Part shown: positions 21,192 through 33,143 of the stretch, piece by piece
Position numbering within the stretch: the first letter of the stretch is position 1
How the letters are laid out: each line of letters begins with the position of its first letter
From: Sphingobacterium sp.
GTDB taxonomy: Bacteria > Bacteroidota > Bacteroidia > Sphingobacteriales > Sphingobacteriaceae
DNA: 64,000 nucleotides
Assembly (NCBI GenBank): GCA_022712315.1
Contig: JALAGS010000080.1
Coordinates: 21,209 to 85,208, forward strand
Direction: 5' to 3'
The notes under the pieces: model-generated
Database searches by the model: none
What the model saw: the letters and a program-made list of their open reading frames with translations, nothing else
Told to the model about the DNA's origin: nothing
Translations under genes and position numbers: made by a program

Positions 21192-22997
21192 CTATTGGAA
21201 TTTTTTCGCGTTAACTTTACGCTCATTTTCAGTCAGATAGATTTTACGTAGACGCATAGATTGTGGTGTTACCTCAATGTACTCGTCAGCTTGAATATAC
21301 TCCATACATTCTTCCAATGAGAATTTGATTGCAGGTGCAATACGTGTATTATCATCAGAACCAGAAGCACGCATATTTGTCAGCTGTTTTCCTTTTGTCA
21401 CGTTGATTGTTAAATCGTTGTCACGGATGTGCTCACCTAAGATTTGTCCTTCATATACATCCACACCTGGATCTACGAAGAAACGACCACGGTCTTGTAA
21501 TTTATCAATTGAGTACGCAGTTGTTGAACCCGTATCCAAAGAGATCAATACACCTGCCAAACGACCAGGGATTGTACCTTTCCAAGGCTCGTAACCTTTC
21601 AAACGGTGCGCCATAACAGCTTCACCAGCTGTTGCTGTCAATACGTTGTTACGTAAACCGATGATACCGCGAGAAGGAATAGAGAACTCAAGATGTTGCA
21701 TATCTCCTCTAGCTTCCATGATCAATAACTCGCCTTTACGTTGTGTAACCAACTCAATTACTTTTCCTGATACATCAGAAGGTACGTCAACAACAAGTTC
21801 TTCGATTGGCTCACATTTTTGACCATCGATTTCTTTGATGATAACCTGTGGCTGGCCTACCTGCAACTCATAACCTTCGCGACGCATTGTTTCGATCAAT
21901 ACGGACAAGTGAAGGATACCACGTCCGTACACCAACCAAGCATCTGGAGATTCAGTAGGAACTACGCGTAAGGCTAAGTTTTTCTCCAGCTCTTTTTGTA
22001 AACGATCGTAGATGTTACGTGATGTAACCAATTTACCTTCTTTACCGAAGAACGGGGAGTTGTTGATGGTAAACAACATATTCATTGTTGGTTCATCAAT
22101 GCTGATAACTTCCAATTGCTCTGGATTTTCGAAATCTGCGATTGTATCACCAATATCGAAACCTTCAATACCTACAACAGCACAGATATCACCCGCATGT
22201 ACTTCGGATACTTTGATACGGCCAAGGCCCTCGAATACCTGAAGTTCTTTCACTCTTGATTTCACAACTTTTCCATCGCGTTTTACCAAAGAAACCGGTT
22301 GGTTTTCTTTGATCGTACCACGGGCAACACGGCCGATAGCGATACGTCCGACGAAAGTGGAATAATCCAACGATGTTACCTGCATTTGCAAAGTACCTTC
22401 AGATACTTCTGGAGCAGGGATATATTTGATGATTGCTTCCAATAAATCTGTGAAGTCTTCAGTACGGTTTTTCCAATCTGTAGACATCCATCCTTGTTTT
22501 GAAGAACCGTATAATACCGGGAAGTCCAATTGTTCTTCAGTAGCGCCTAAGTTGAAGAATAAGTCAAAAACGTGTTCGTAAACCTCTTCTGGACGACAGT
22601 TTTCTTTATCGACTTTATTGACAACAACAATCGGTTTGATACCTAATCCTAAAGCTTTACCTGTAACGAAACGTGTTTGAGGCATTGGACCTTCAAAGGC
22701 ATCTACCAATAGCACGACGCCATCAGCCATCTTCAATACACGCTCTACTTCACCACCGAAATCGGCGTGACCTGGGGTATCGATGATATTGATTTTAACA
22801 CCTTTATATGTTACTGATACGTTCTTAGATACAATAGTGATCCCGCGCTCACGCTCTAAATCATTATTGTCTAGGATTAATTCACCAGCATTTTCATTTT
22901 CTCTGAATTGATTGGTAAAATATAAAATTTTGTCTACAAGCGTAGTTTTACCGTGGTCGACGTGAGCGATGATCGCAATGTTTCTAATGTTTTGCAT
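21192..22997 (-). CDS. typA: Translational GTPase TypA/BipA
   Basis: [47 protein letters not shown]. Confidence 0.97.
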   Translation of the reverse strand: MQNIRNIAIIAHVDHGKTTLVDKILYFTNQFRENENAGELILDNNDLERERGITIVSKNVSVTYKGVKINIIDTPGHADFGGEVERVLKMADGVVLLVDAFEGPMPQTRFVTGKALGLGIKPIVVVNKVDKENCRPEEVYEHVFDLFFNLGATEEQLDFPVLYGSSKQGWMSTDWKNRTEDFTDLLEAIIKYIPAPEVSEGTLQMQVTSLDYSTFVGRIAIGRVARGTIKENQPVSLVKRDGKVVKSRVKELQVFEGLGRIKVSEVHAGDICAVVGIEGFDIGDTIADFENPEQLEVISIDEPTMNMLFTINNSPFFGKEGKLVTSRNIYDRLQKELEKNLALRVVPTESPDAWLVYGRGILHLSVLIETMRREGYELQVGQPQVIIKEIDGQKCEPIEELVVDVPSDVSGKVIELVTQRKGELLIMEARGDMQHLEFSIPSRGIIGLRNNVLTATAGEAVMAHRLKGYEPWKGTIPGRLAGVLISLDTGSTTAYSIDKLQDRGRFFVDPGVDVYEGQILGEHIRDNDLTINVTKGKQLTNMRASGSDDNTRIAPAIKFSLEECMEYIQADEYIEVTPQSMRLRKIYLTENERKVNAKKFQ

Positions 22998-23030
22998 TGA
23001 GCAAGAATATTTTTATAAAATTTTAGGGTG

Positions 23031-23038
23031 CAAAGATA
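23031..23038 (-). promoter_or_regulatory. -7 promoter element for typA
   Basis: TATCTTTG on the minus strand. Confidence 0.6.
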
Positions 23039-23075
23039 AACATTTTGCACCATAAAATTTATAACTATGTGTATT

Positions 23076-24266
23076 TTATTTAATTACACCTAATTCTTTA
23101 CCAACTTTGGTAAAGGCGGCGATTGCTTTATCCAAGTGAGCGACTTCATGTCCGGCCGAAATCTGAACGCGGATACGAGCTTTTCCCTGAGGTACAACAG
23201 GATAGTAAAAACCGATGACATAGATTCCCTCGTCCAGCATCTTGGCGGCAAACTCTTGTGCCAATTTCGCATCATACAGCATCACAGGCACGATTGGATG
23301 GAAACCTGGTTTGATATCAAATCCAGCAGCTGTCATTTTTTCACGGAAGTATTTTGTGTTTGCTTCCAGTTTGTCGCGCAATTCAGTTGTTTCACTGAGC
23401 ATATCCAATACTGCAACCGAAGCCCCTGCAATTGCCGGTGCCAAGGTATTCGAAAATAAATAGGGGCGTGAACGCTGACGTAACAAATCGATGATTTCCT
23501 TTTTACCGGAAGTAAAACCTCCAGAAGCACCGCCTAAGGCTTTACCTAGAGTTCCTGTAATGATGTCAACGCGATCGATTACATTGAACAGTTCGTGTGT
23601 ACCGCGACCTGTTGCACCAATAAATCCAGTACAATGCGACTCATCGATCATAACCAAGGCTTGGTATTTATCCGCAAGATCACAGATCTGATCCAATGGC
23701 GCTACAGAGCCGTCCATCGAAAATGCACCGTCTGTAACAATGATTTTATGTCGGGCACCAGATGCAGCTTGTAATTGGGCTTCTAGATCAGCCATATCCG
23801 CATTTTTATAACGGAATCGCTGTGCTTTACACAAACGAACACCGTCGATAATTGATGCATGATTCAACTCGTCGGAAATGATGGCATCTTCTGCACCAAA
23901 CAATGGCTCAAATACACCACCGTTAGCATCGAATGCTGCCGCATATAAAATAGTATCTTCAGTTCCCAGGAACGTAGAAATTTTTGCTTCTAATTCTTTA
24001 TGCACATCCTGAGTACCACAGATAAAACGTACCGAAGACATTCCATAACCGTGTGTATCAATTGCTTTCTTAGCAGCCTCGATTACTTTGGGGTGGGAAG
24101 ACAGGCCCAAATAATTGTTCGCACAAAAATTGACAACTTCCTGTCCTGTGCTCACTTTGATGTCTGCTCCCTGAGGAGTAACGATCACTCGCTCTTGTTT
24201 ATACAATCCCGCTTCTTTGATTGCTTCCAATTCCTTTTCTAAAACTGGTTGTAATGTATTGTACAT
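23076..24266 (-). CDS. kbl: Glycine C-acetyltransferase (2-amino-3-ketobutyrate CoA ligase)
   Basis: [34 protein letters not shown] (PLP Lys), [12 protein letters not shown]. Confidence 0.95.
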   Translation of the reverse strand: MYNTLQPVLEKELEAIKEAGLYKQERVIVTPQGADIKVSTGQEVVNFCANNYLGLSSHPKVIEAAKKAIDTHGYGMSSVRFICGTQDVHKELEAKISTFLGTEDTILYAAAFDANGGVFEPLFGAEDAIISDELNHASIIDGVRLCKAQRFRYKNADMADLEAQLQAASGARHKIIVTDGAFSMDGSVAPLDQICDLADKYQALVMIDESHCTGFIGATGRGTHELFNVIDRVDIITGTLGKALGGASGGFTSGKKEIIDLLRQRSRPYLFSNTLAPAIAGASVAVLDMLSETTELRDKLEANTKYFREKMTAAGFDIKPGFHPIVPVMLYDAKLAQEFAAKMLDEGIYVIGFYYPVVPQGKARIRVQISAGHEVAHLDKAIAAFTKVGKELGVIK

Positions 24267-24600
24267 AATTCGAATTTATTTTTTATACAATATTACAGTT
24301 TTTTCATTGGAATAAGTTGTTTGGCCTTTCCAGAAAAAGGCTATTCACGGAGAATTCACCCCAAATCAATGATTTGGTAACATTAAAACGATTGCATAAA
24401 ATTCCTTTTTCTGGCCGATTCGATTTTTTGCTGCCATCGCTCTATAGCCATGCCCCGACGATGCCCCCCCATTTCCGATAAAAAACGCACGAATTCACTC
24501 GGGTAAATAGTAGCCCGAAACTAGATCGTTTAAAGCTATTGCCCAACAAAAGATCTTGTCTTCGATAAAACACTTAAAAAGGCAGAAATATACGGAAGGT

Positions 24601-25848
24601 TTACTCGTAACGAAGTGCGTCCACAGGATCCAGTTTAGAGGCTTTTGAAGCGGGGTAATAGCCCGATAGCATGCCAACCAGTCCACACACCGCAAACCCC
24701 ATGATAATCGCACCCCAAGGGATGATAAAAGAGGTACCCAGCTGCAGCGCCAGGAGATTACCGATTAGGATACCAATAAAGATTCCTGCAACACCGCCGA
24801 TCATGCAGATTACAATAGCCTCCATCAAAAATTGCTTACGTATCACACTCGGGGTCGCACCGATCGCCTTGCGTATACCGATCTCCCGTGTACGTTCAGT
24901 GACCGAGACCAGCATAATGTTCATCAATCCGATTGAAGCGCCCACAAGGGTTATAAAAGCGATCACCACAGCACCCAAAGTAACCATCGCCATATTTTGC
25001 ATCAGCATCTGCGCAACAGCATCAGATTTGGTGATTTCGAAATCATTTGATTGTCTGGATGATAGGCCGCGGATATTTCTAAATACAATTGTTGCTTCGC
25101 CTATGGCTGCTTCCAATCGCATTGGATCGTTGGAGGAAACTGTAATCACATACGAAGGTTCAGTACCCTGCATCACCGCCCGGGCTTTAATAAGCGGAAT
25201 AAAGCATGCCCTATCCCCTCCCATACCTGAGGAAGAGCCCTTACTTTTTAGAACCCCAATAACCAAATAGCGGATATTGTTGACGGTAATAAACTGTCCT
25301 ATCGGATCGATAATCTCGTTGAACAGCATCTTGCTCACTTCACTGCCAATAATAATGACACCGCTGCCTGTTTCGACCTCCCGAGTGGAAAAATTACGTC
25401 CCTCACTGACTACATAACCCGATGTTTGAAGATAATTTTCATCGGTCCCAATCAGCCCTATATTAGGGTTTGTCTTCTTAGACTGAAATTTTGCAGTTGT
25501 ATTCCAGCTGACATTGGCACTGATGGATGTCAATGCATTAAAGTGAAAATCCTGTCTAAATCTCGCCGATTGCGCATAGGTAATATTGGCAAAGACTTTT
25601 GAGCGTGTCCCTTCATTACCGATCCGAACATTCAAGCCCCGGTTGCGAATGTTGAAAGAGTTTGAGCCCATCGATGAGAAGGAATCTGTCAGTGAATTTT
25701 TCATGGCATCGATGGAAGTCAATACACCGATCAATGCCATCATCCCTATGGCGATAATCAGTGCTGTTAAAAATGTCCTGAGCTTGTTCCCTACAATGGA
25801 CTGCAGCGCAAGCTTGACATTTTCAACATAAGACATTTTTACGGCCAT
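24601..25848 (-). CDS. MacB/FtsX-family ABC transporter permease
   Basis: KLRTFLTALIIAIG, large periplasmic domain, IGLMNIMLVSVTERTREIGIRKAIGA, PASKASKLDPVDALRYE. Confidence 0.92.
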   Translation of the reverse strand: MAVKMSYVENVKLALQSIVGNKLRTFLTALIIAIGMMALIGVLTSIDAMKNSLTDSFSSMGSNSFNIRNRGLNVRIGNEGTRSKVFANITYAQSARFRQDFHFNALTSISANVSWNTTAKFQSKKTNPNIGLIGTDENYLQTSGYVVSEGRNFSTREVETGSGVIIIGSEVSKMLFNEIIDPIGQFITVNNIRYLVIGVLKSKGSSSGMGGDRACFIPLIKARAVMQGTEPSYVITVSSNDPMRLEAAIGEATIVFRNIRGLSSRQSNDFEITKSDAVAQMLMQNMAMVTLGAVVIAFITLVGASIGLMNIMLVSVTERTREIGIRKAIGATPSVIRKQFLMEAIVICMIGGVAGIFIGILIGNLLALQLGTSFIIPWGAIIMGFAVCGLVGMLSGYYPASKASKLDPVDALRYE

Positions 25849-26001
25849 AAAGCTGGGTATTTATAATTTATAGGGATGAAAATACTGTAAATCCAGCACA
25901 AAACCAAAAGGCAATTTATTTCCATGAAATAAACTGCCTTTTTGATGCAAACCAATCCATCCAAGCAAGTGGACTAGCTTAGTTTAGAACCGTTTTCCGT
26001 C

Positions 26002-26427
26002 TTAATTAATTCTTTTCCATGTCTCTGTACGTCCAAGCAAGCTTACACCGACATATCCCCTGATATCAAGTTTATCCCCTTTTAAAGTCATCTTGCAGCT
26101 ATACGTTTTGCCCGACTTTGGATCATAAATCTTTCCATCCGCATAAGTATTGCCATCTTTTTCAAAATTGGTCAAGATTTCGAGCCCCTGTACATTTCTG
26201 CTCTGCAACGCTTTATCTGGGTTTTTTATATCTTTCTTTGGCTGACCTGCTTCGTTATTTGGAAATTTCAGCCAAAAGAGCTTACCAAAAAACTTATCGC
26301 CTTTCTTGTAAATTTCAACACGGCCCTCACCGCTTGGATTTTCCCACTTTCCGATAATGGGATCTGTTTGCGCAAATAATGCTACTGTTGTAAGCAACAT
26401 TATGAATGATAACATAACTTTCTTCAT
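26002..26427 (-). CDS. DUF2147 domain exported protein
   Basis: Signal peptide; IIGKW, GKIYDPKSGKTYSC, RGYVGVSLLGRTETWKR. Confidence 0.88.
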   Translation of the reverse strand: MKKVMLSFIMLLTTVALFAQTDPIIGKWENPSGEGRVEIYKKGDKFFGKLFWLKFPNNEAGQPKKDIKNPDKALQSRNVQGLEILTNFEKDGNTYADGKIYDPKSGKTYSCKMTLKGDKLDIRGYVGVSLLGRTETWKRIN

Positions 26428-26785
26428 GAGTCTATTTTTTATGAACTTAAATTCTTCAATCTATGACCTGAACTCTTTCCCATTTTTTCGCACCACCCCC
26501 ATCTAAATTCCTTGTTTAGTGTTCAGGTATCTCCCCTTATCCTTATCCAGCGCCGACCGCAACACTCCTGCTGGACAAACCGCCTAGCAGCTGATGATCA
26601 AAAGCTTGCACCATAGCGCTGAAATAAATATACAAAATATTTACTATGCTTGCATACATTTATTTTCTGTACACTTAATTTTCAAATAAACATAGCATCC
26701 ATTGCGGAACAATAGTTCACACAGACATGAAAAATGTAATGGCGCTTTTTTCGTTTACAAGTTAGCTCGCCACATGTGCGAACTG

Positions 26786-26977
26786 TTCGGGACAGCTTCG
26801 TCCTTTGCTCGCCTTTTGTTCGCCCCTGCTTCGGAAATTCTCTTATGTTTCTCTACAGATTCCCTACTGATGGCCTAACTGCCGGTAGAGAATCTGTAGA
26901 GAAAAGGTAGAAAATGGGTAGAGAATTTCCGAACAAGCTCCGAAGAAGGTCCGAACGGGTTACGAAGAACATACGAA
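26786..26977. repeat. Large imperfect inverted repeat with 11-bp periodic TTCG/CGAA and CTAC/GTAG cores
   Basis: TTCG-like at 26786, 26797, 26808 (CTCG), 26819, 26830; CGAA at 26930, 26941, 26952, 26963, 26974; GTAG at 26885, 26896, 26907, 26918; perfect 13-bp IR 26830-26842/26921-26933; inner 19-bp IR 26849-26867/26885-26903 with 1 mismatch. Confidence 0.9.
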
Positions 26978-26989
26978 GAGGCGTAAAGT

Positions 26990-27006
26990 TTGGCATCGGG
27001 TTTGCA
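26990..27006 (+). promoter_or_regulatory. Sigma54 (RpoN)-type -24/-12 promoter
   Basis: TTGGCATCGGGTTTGCA: GG (26992-93) and GC (27004-05) separated by exactly 10 nt. Confidence 0.65.
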
Positions 27007-27058
27007 CGAAACTGATTATATTATTACTTTATTTACTCTTTATAAATTAGCACATATT

Positions 27059-27400
27059 ATGAAATTTATTATTAGTCTTTTACTTACTGGAGTTGTCGTC
27101 GCGGTTGCGTGCTGGGTCGTACCCGGAGCTCATGTTGCTGGATTCGGCTGGGCTATCGTTACCGGACTTGTCATTGGATTTGTCAATGCGACTGTGGGAT
27201 CGATTTTAAGGTTATTTACTTTCCCATTGAATTGGCTTACACTCGGCCTGGTTTCGTTTATTATTACGGTATTAATGGTCTTGTTGACAGATTCGCTGCT
27301 CGGTTCCAAATTTGATGTAAATGGCTTTTGGACCGCTGCGCTATTTGCCATTGTCGTTGCCATATTGGAAATGATTATTGGCAGCACTTCAAAAGATTAA
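27059..27400 (+). CDS. YvlD/phage-holin-superfamily-IV membrane protein (no phage context)
   Basis: Start at ATG 27059; four TM segments; VPGAHVAGFGWA, VIGFVNATVGSILRLFTFPLNWLTLGL, FWTAALFAIV. Confidence 0.85.
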   Translation: MKFIISLLLTGVVVAVACWVVPGAHVAGFGWAIVTGLVIGFVNATVGSILRLFTFPLNWLTLGLVSFIITVLMVLLTDSLLGSKFDVNGFWTAALFAIVVAILEMIIGSTSKD

Positions 27401-27429
27401 AAATAAGTTTACTGTCGCTATTGCGCATG

Positions 27430-27467
27430 AAAAAGGCTGCTTCACGCTGGAGTGAAACAGCCTTTTT
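27430..27467 (+). terminator. Intrinsic terminator after holin-like gene
   Basis: AAAAAGGCTG..TTCAC/GTGAA..CAGCCTTTTT stem. Confidence 0.8.
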
Positions 27468-27634
27468 GCTTGAATACCTCTTGCATCCTTTCAGGCGCTT
27501 TCCTGATTTAGAATCCAGTGGCCGCGATTTATTCCTCCGATATAAAACGGGGTTTACGATGGTTTTTATCGCTACTTCCCTCTTTTTTTACCCTGGAATT
27601 CGCTAAATTTAATCATTCAAAAGAACCCTGATAT

Positions 27635-29551
27635 ATGTGCGAACACAACCACGAGCATAGCCATACAGCACAAGAACACGGCCACACGATACAGGAACGT
27701 CCCTGGTGGATTTCCCAATGCAAGCTTCTTATTGCGCTTGTCATTCTGCTTACTTTACTGCTATTGAAATATGCTTTGAAGATCAGCCTCCCCTTTAGCC
27801 TCCTGTTAGTCGTAAATGGTATCGCGTATCTTCTCGCGGGCATACCTGTTATTCAGATGGCATTCCGGAAGGCAAGCCGCGGCGATTTTTTTAATGAATT
27901 CTTTTTGATGACTGTAGCAACCTTGGGAGCATTTGCGATCGGAGAATTTGAAGAAGGGGTTGCTGTCATGGTATTCTACCAAATCGGAGAATGGTTTCAG
28001 GATACTGCCGTTGACAATGCCAAAAAATCAATCAAATCACTATTGGATATCCGACCCGATAAAGTCACGGTGCTGCGGAGTGGGCAACAGCAGCAGGTAA
28101 ATCCTAAAACGGTTGCAATTGGCGAGACGATCCTGGTGAAAGCGGGAGAAAAAGTCGCGCTGGATGGTAAATTGACCACAGCGAAGGCCGCATTTAATAC
28201 GGCTGCACTGACCGGGGAGAGCAAACCCGACACAAAATATGCAGGTGACGCTGTTTTTGCGGGTATGATCAATTTGGAAACCGTTGTTGAAATCGAGGTA
28301 TCCAGTGCTTTTGAAGACAGCAAATTGAGCAAAATACTCGAAATGGTACAGGATGCCACGGCACGCAAATCGAAAACACAGTTGTTTATCGCTCGATTTG
28401 CTAAAATATATGTCCCCATTATCTTTGGTCTTGCGTTATTAGTTCTCGTGGCCCCCTTGTTCTTTGTCGACGACTATAGTTTTAAGGATTGGTTCTACCG
28501 TAGTCTGGTCTTCTTGGTGATCAGCTGCCCCTGTGCCTTGGTTGTCTCTATTCCACTGGGTTATTTTGGCGGAATTGGTTTAGCATCCCGAAATGGCATC
28601 TTATTTAAAGGCGGAAATTTCCTTGATGCCATCACCACAGTCGATACCATTGTTATGGATAAAACAGGTACGCTGACAGCAGGTGTATTTGAAGTCAGGG
28701 AGGTTTTTGCCGTCAATGGAAATCAAGAGGAATTGCTGAATTATGCCAAAGCTATTGAGGCACATTCAACACATCCCATTGCGAAGGCAATCGCGGGCTA
28801 TCACCCTGGCAAGCCAGCTTTACAGGCCGAGGAAATTCAGGAAATAGCAGGTCATGGCCTCCAGGCAACGGTCAATGGAAAACGCACCCTTGCTGGTAAC
28901 AGCAAGTTATTGGACAAATTCAATATAAGCTATCCGGAAGATCTAAAGCAAATGGTATATTCCATTGTACTGTTTGCCATCGAAGGTGAGTATGCGGGTT
29001 ATATCACTGTAGCGGACCGGAATAAACCAGACGCAAAGAAAGTTATCAGCGCGATGCGTGCCCAAGGACTTTATACCGTCATGCTATCCGGAGACAAAAC
29101 AGCTGTTGTCAACGAAGTGTCCAAAGAACTTGGGCTCGACAAAGCCTATGGTGATCTCCTTCCGGAGGATAAGGTCAGCCATGTACAGCAACTGATTGAT
29201 CAGGGACGCCGTGTTGCCTTCGCCGGCGACGGTGTCAATGACGCACCCGTCGTTGCCTTGGCACAGGTTGGCATCGCAATGGGCGGACTCGGGGCAGATG
29301 CAACCATCGAAACTGCTGATGTTGTGATCCAGAACGACGAGCCCCGTAAAATCCTGTCGGCTATCAAAATCGGCAAAATCACCCGGAGCATTGTCTGGCA
29401 GAACGTCATCCTCGCGATGGGGATCAAAATCATTGTGCTGATTCTTGGCGCAGGCGGTATTGCAACACTTTGGGAAGCAGTGATTGCGGATGTAGGGGTG
29501 GCTCTTCTAGCTATTTTAAATGCCATTCGTATCCAGCATAAAACGGTATAA
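27635..29551 (+). CDS. Heavy-metal P1B-type ATPase (Zn/Cd/Pb, CadA/ZntA-like)
   Basis: His-rich N-terminus, TGES, CPC, DKTGT, HP, GDGVNDAP; Lys and Asp in the last TMs. Confidence 0.92.
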   Translation: MCEHNHEHSHTAQEHGHTIQERPWWISQCKLLIALVILLTLLLLKYALKISLPFSLLLVVNGIAYLLAGIPVIQMAFRKASRGDFFNEFFLMTVATLGAFAIGEFEEGVAVMVFYQIGEWFQDTAVDNAKKSIKSLLDIRPDKVTVLRSGQQQQVNPKTVAIGETILVKAGEKVALDGKLTTAKAAFNTAALTGESKPDTKYAGDAVFAGMINLETVVEIEVSSAFEDSKLSKILEMVQDATARKSKTQLFIARFAKIYVPIIFGLALLVLVAPLFFVDDYSFKDWFYRSLVFLVISCPCALVVSIPLGYFGGIGLASRNGILFKGGNFLDAITTVDTIVMDKTGTLTAGVFEVREVFAVNGNQEELLNYAKAIEAHSTHPIAKAIAGYHPGKPALQAEEIQEIAGHGLQATVNGKRTLAGNSKLLDKFNISYPEDLKQMVYSIVLFAIEGEYAGYITVADRNKPDAKKVISAMRAQGLYTVMLSGDKTAVVNEVSKELGLDKAYGDLLPEDKVSHVQQLIDQGRRVAFAGDGVNDAPVVALAQVGIAMGGLGADATIETADVVIQNDEPRKILSAIKIGKITRSIVWQNVILAMGIKIIVLILGAGGIATLWEAVIADVGVALLAILNAIRIQHKTV

Positions 29552-29638
29552 AAAAGAAGATATCCAAAAATCAGGTCAACACTTTTAAGAATAGGATAGC
29601 AGAAAATATTCTAGTGGCCTATACATAAAATTGAATAA

Positions 29639-29672
29639 AAGCGGGGCTGTTCAAAGTTGAACAGCCCCGCTT
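29639..29672. terminator. Bidirectional hairpin between ATPase and pgi (hairpin family member)
   Basis: GCGGGGCTGTTCAA/TTGAACAGCCCCGC perfect stem. Confidence 0.8.
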
Positions 29673-29715
29673 CCCATGTTTAATCCGCGATATACTTTAA
29701 ATAGCGATTAGCAAT

Positions 29716-31464
<1,749 letters not shown>

Positions 31465-31604
31465 TTATATGAAGGTTTATTCCGTTGACAATACCAAAAC
31501 TAAAAAAAAAAGGTCACATATCCGGTATTTGGCATTTGATATTGAGCGCTAAGTTATTCGCCAGAAACAGGGATTTATTAATTAAAATTTCTACTTTAGC
31601 AGAT

Positions 31605-32688
31605 ATGACAAAAGAACAAATTCAAGACTTGAGGGATCGTGTTACTTCCCTGAGGAGGCATCTTTGACATCGATGCACGCAAAGAAGAAATAGAAAGAGA
31701 CCAGGCCGTTACGCTTGAAGCAAGCTTTTGGGATGATTCCAAAGCTGCAGAGAAAATACTCTTGGCCATAAAAAACCAAAAGGTGTGGACAGACCACTTC
31801 GACGAAGTTGCAGCGGCGGTTGAAGACGCCTATGTGATGTATGAATTCTTTCAGTCTGGCGACGCCGACGAAAAGGAAGTGGACGACCAATATAAACTTG
31901 CTCTAGCTAAAGTCGAGGAGCTCGAATTCAAAAACATGCTTAGCGCTGAGGAAGATCAACTGGATGCGATCTTACAGATTACAGCCGGTGCCGGCGGCAC
32001 TGAAAGCTGTGACTGGGCAGCCATGCTGATGCGTATGTATATTATGTGGGGTGAGAAAAATGGGTACCGGGTAACCGAACAAGATTCACAGGAAGGTGAT
32101 GTGGCTGGTATCAAGAGCGTCACTTTACAGATATCCGGTGATTTTGCTTATGGCTACCTTAAGGGAGAGAATGGTGTACACAGGCTCGTTCGGATTTCTC
32201 CTTTCGATTCCAATGCAAAACGCCACACCTCTTTCGCTTCTGTCTACGTATATCCGTTGATCGATGATAATATAGAGATTGAAGTCAAGGATTCGGAAAT
32301 CGAATGGGATACGTTCCGCTCGGGCGGTGCCGGAGGCCAAAACGTGAATAAGGTAGAAACAGCCGTTCGTTTACACCACAAACCTACAGGCATTATTATT
32401 AAAAATCAGGAATCCAGATCGCAGTTACAAAATAAAGAAAATGCGATGCGCTTATTGAAATCCCAATTGTACGAGATCGAGATGCGTAAGCGTCAGGAAG
32501 CTACGGCCGCTATTGAAGGTAATAAAAAGAAAATTGAATGGGGATCCCAGATTCGAAATTACGTCCTGCATCCTTATAAGCTTATTAAAGATTTAAGGAC
32601 AAATTACGAAACCTCCAATACCCAAGCTGTATTGGATGGTGATTTAAATGATTTCCTTAAAAATTATCTAATGGAATTTGGCGGATAA
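31605..32688 (+). CDS. prfB: Peptide chain release factor 2, translated via programmed +1 frameshift at CTT-TGA-C (31662-31668)
   Basis: Frame 0 [20 protein letters not shown]-stop; +1 frame continues DIDARKEE... into ORF 31762..32688 with SPF and GGQ motifs. Confidence 0.96.
31653..31668 (+). promoter_or_regulatory. prfB frameshift cassette: internal SD AGGAGG, 3-nt spacer, CTT TGA C
   Basis: Direct read; matches the canonical RF2 autoregulatory site. Confidence 0.93.
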
Positions 32689-32716
32689 ATGAGATCCAGA
32701 AATCTTCATGATATCG

Positions 32717-32746
32717 AAGACGCTCTCTTTTGGGAGCGTCTTTTTT
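32717..32746 (+). terminator. Intrinsic terminator after prfB
   Basis: AAGACGCTCTC/GGGAGCGTCTT stem plus T-run. Confidence 0.85.
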
Positions 32747-33032
32747 CTTTCCTTATGCCTCAATTTCCTCGTCAGTTTAAACTCATTTTCCTCCACTGGC
32801 CTATTGGCCCCTTTCCTAAACAGTTTGTCACACAAACTGTCAATTTCTCTTAAGAATAAGGGCGCAAATGTTAAAAAATCTTAAAAGTCTATTGAATAGA
32901 TCGTTGATATATTTCAACCGATTTCAGCCGTAACAAAACAACAAACACCTGAAAAACAACATTTTAAATCACAACAATTTGTATCAAGAACGTTACAATT
33001 AAAGCGAACCGATCATTTTTGGCACAAAATAA

Positions 33033-33047
33033 AGGCATGTCTTTTGC
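33033..33047 (+). promoter_or_regulatory. Candidate sigma54-type promoter for GT2 operon
   Basis: AGGCATGTCTTTTGC: GG-N10-GC; first base deviates from consensus T. Confidence 0.4.
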
Positions 33048-33143
33048 GTTTATGGAATCGTAATATTTTCATTACAAATGATTCGATTCAACGATCGAAT
33101 TAAATATTGAATGAACGAAATGTATATCTAAAATAGAACGGTT

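Noticed and set aside
24267-24600. Possible glycine riboswitch upstream of kbl; ATGCCCC repeated at 11-bp spacing (24450, 24461)
   Set aside because: No glycine-aptamer motifs seen; only two periodic units, too few to separate from chance
26786-26977. CRISPR array or simple tandem repeat interpretation of the periodic element
   Set aside because: Cores are only 4 bp with 7-bp variable spacers and are arranged as an inverted pair; no cas genes
27059-27400. Holin-like gene as evidence of a prophage
   Set aside because: No endolysin, integrase or structural genes; this family is commonly chromosomal
31485-31667. Short ORF and apparently truncated prfB (31762..32688) suggesting a pseudogene
   Set aside because: Explained by the canonical programmed +1 frameshift; one gene from 31605
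32690-32854. ~54-codon ORF after prfB
   Set aside because: Runs through the prfB terminator; no recognisable features
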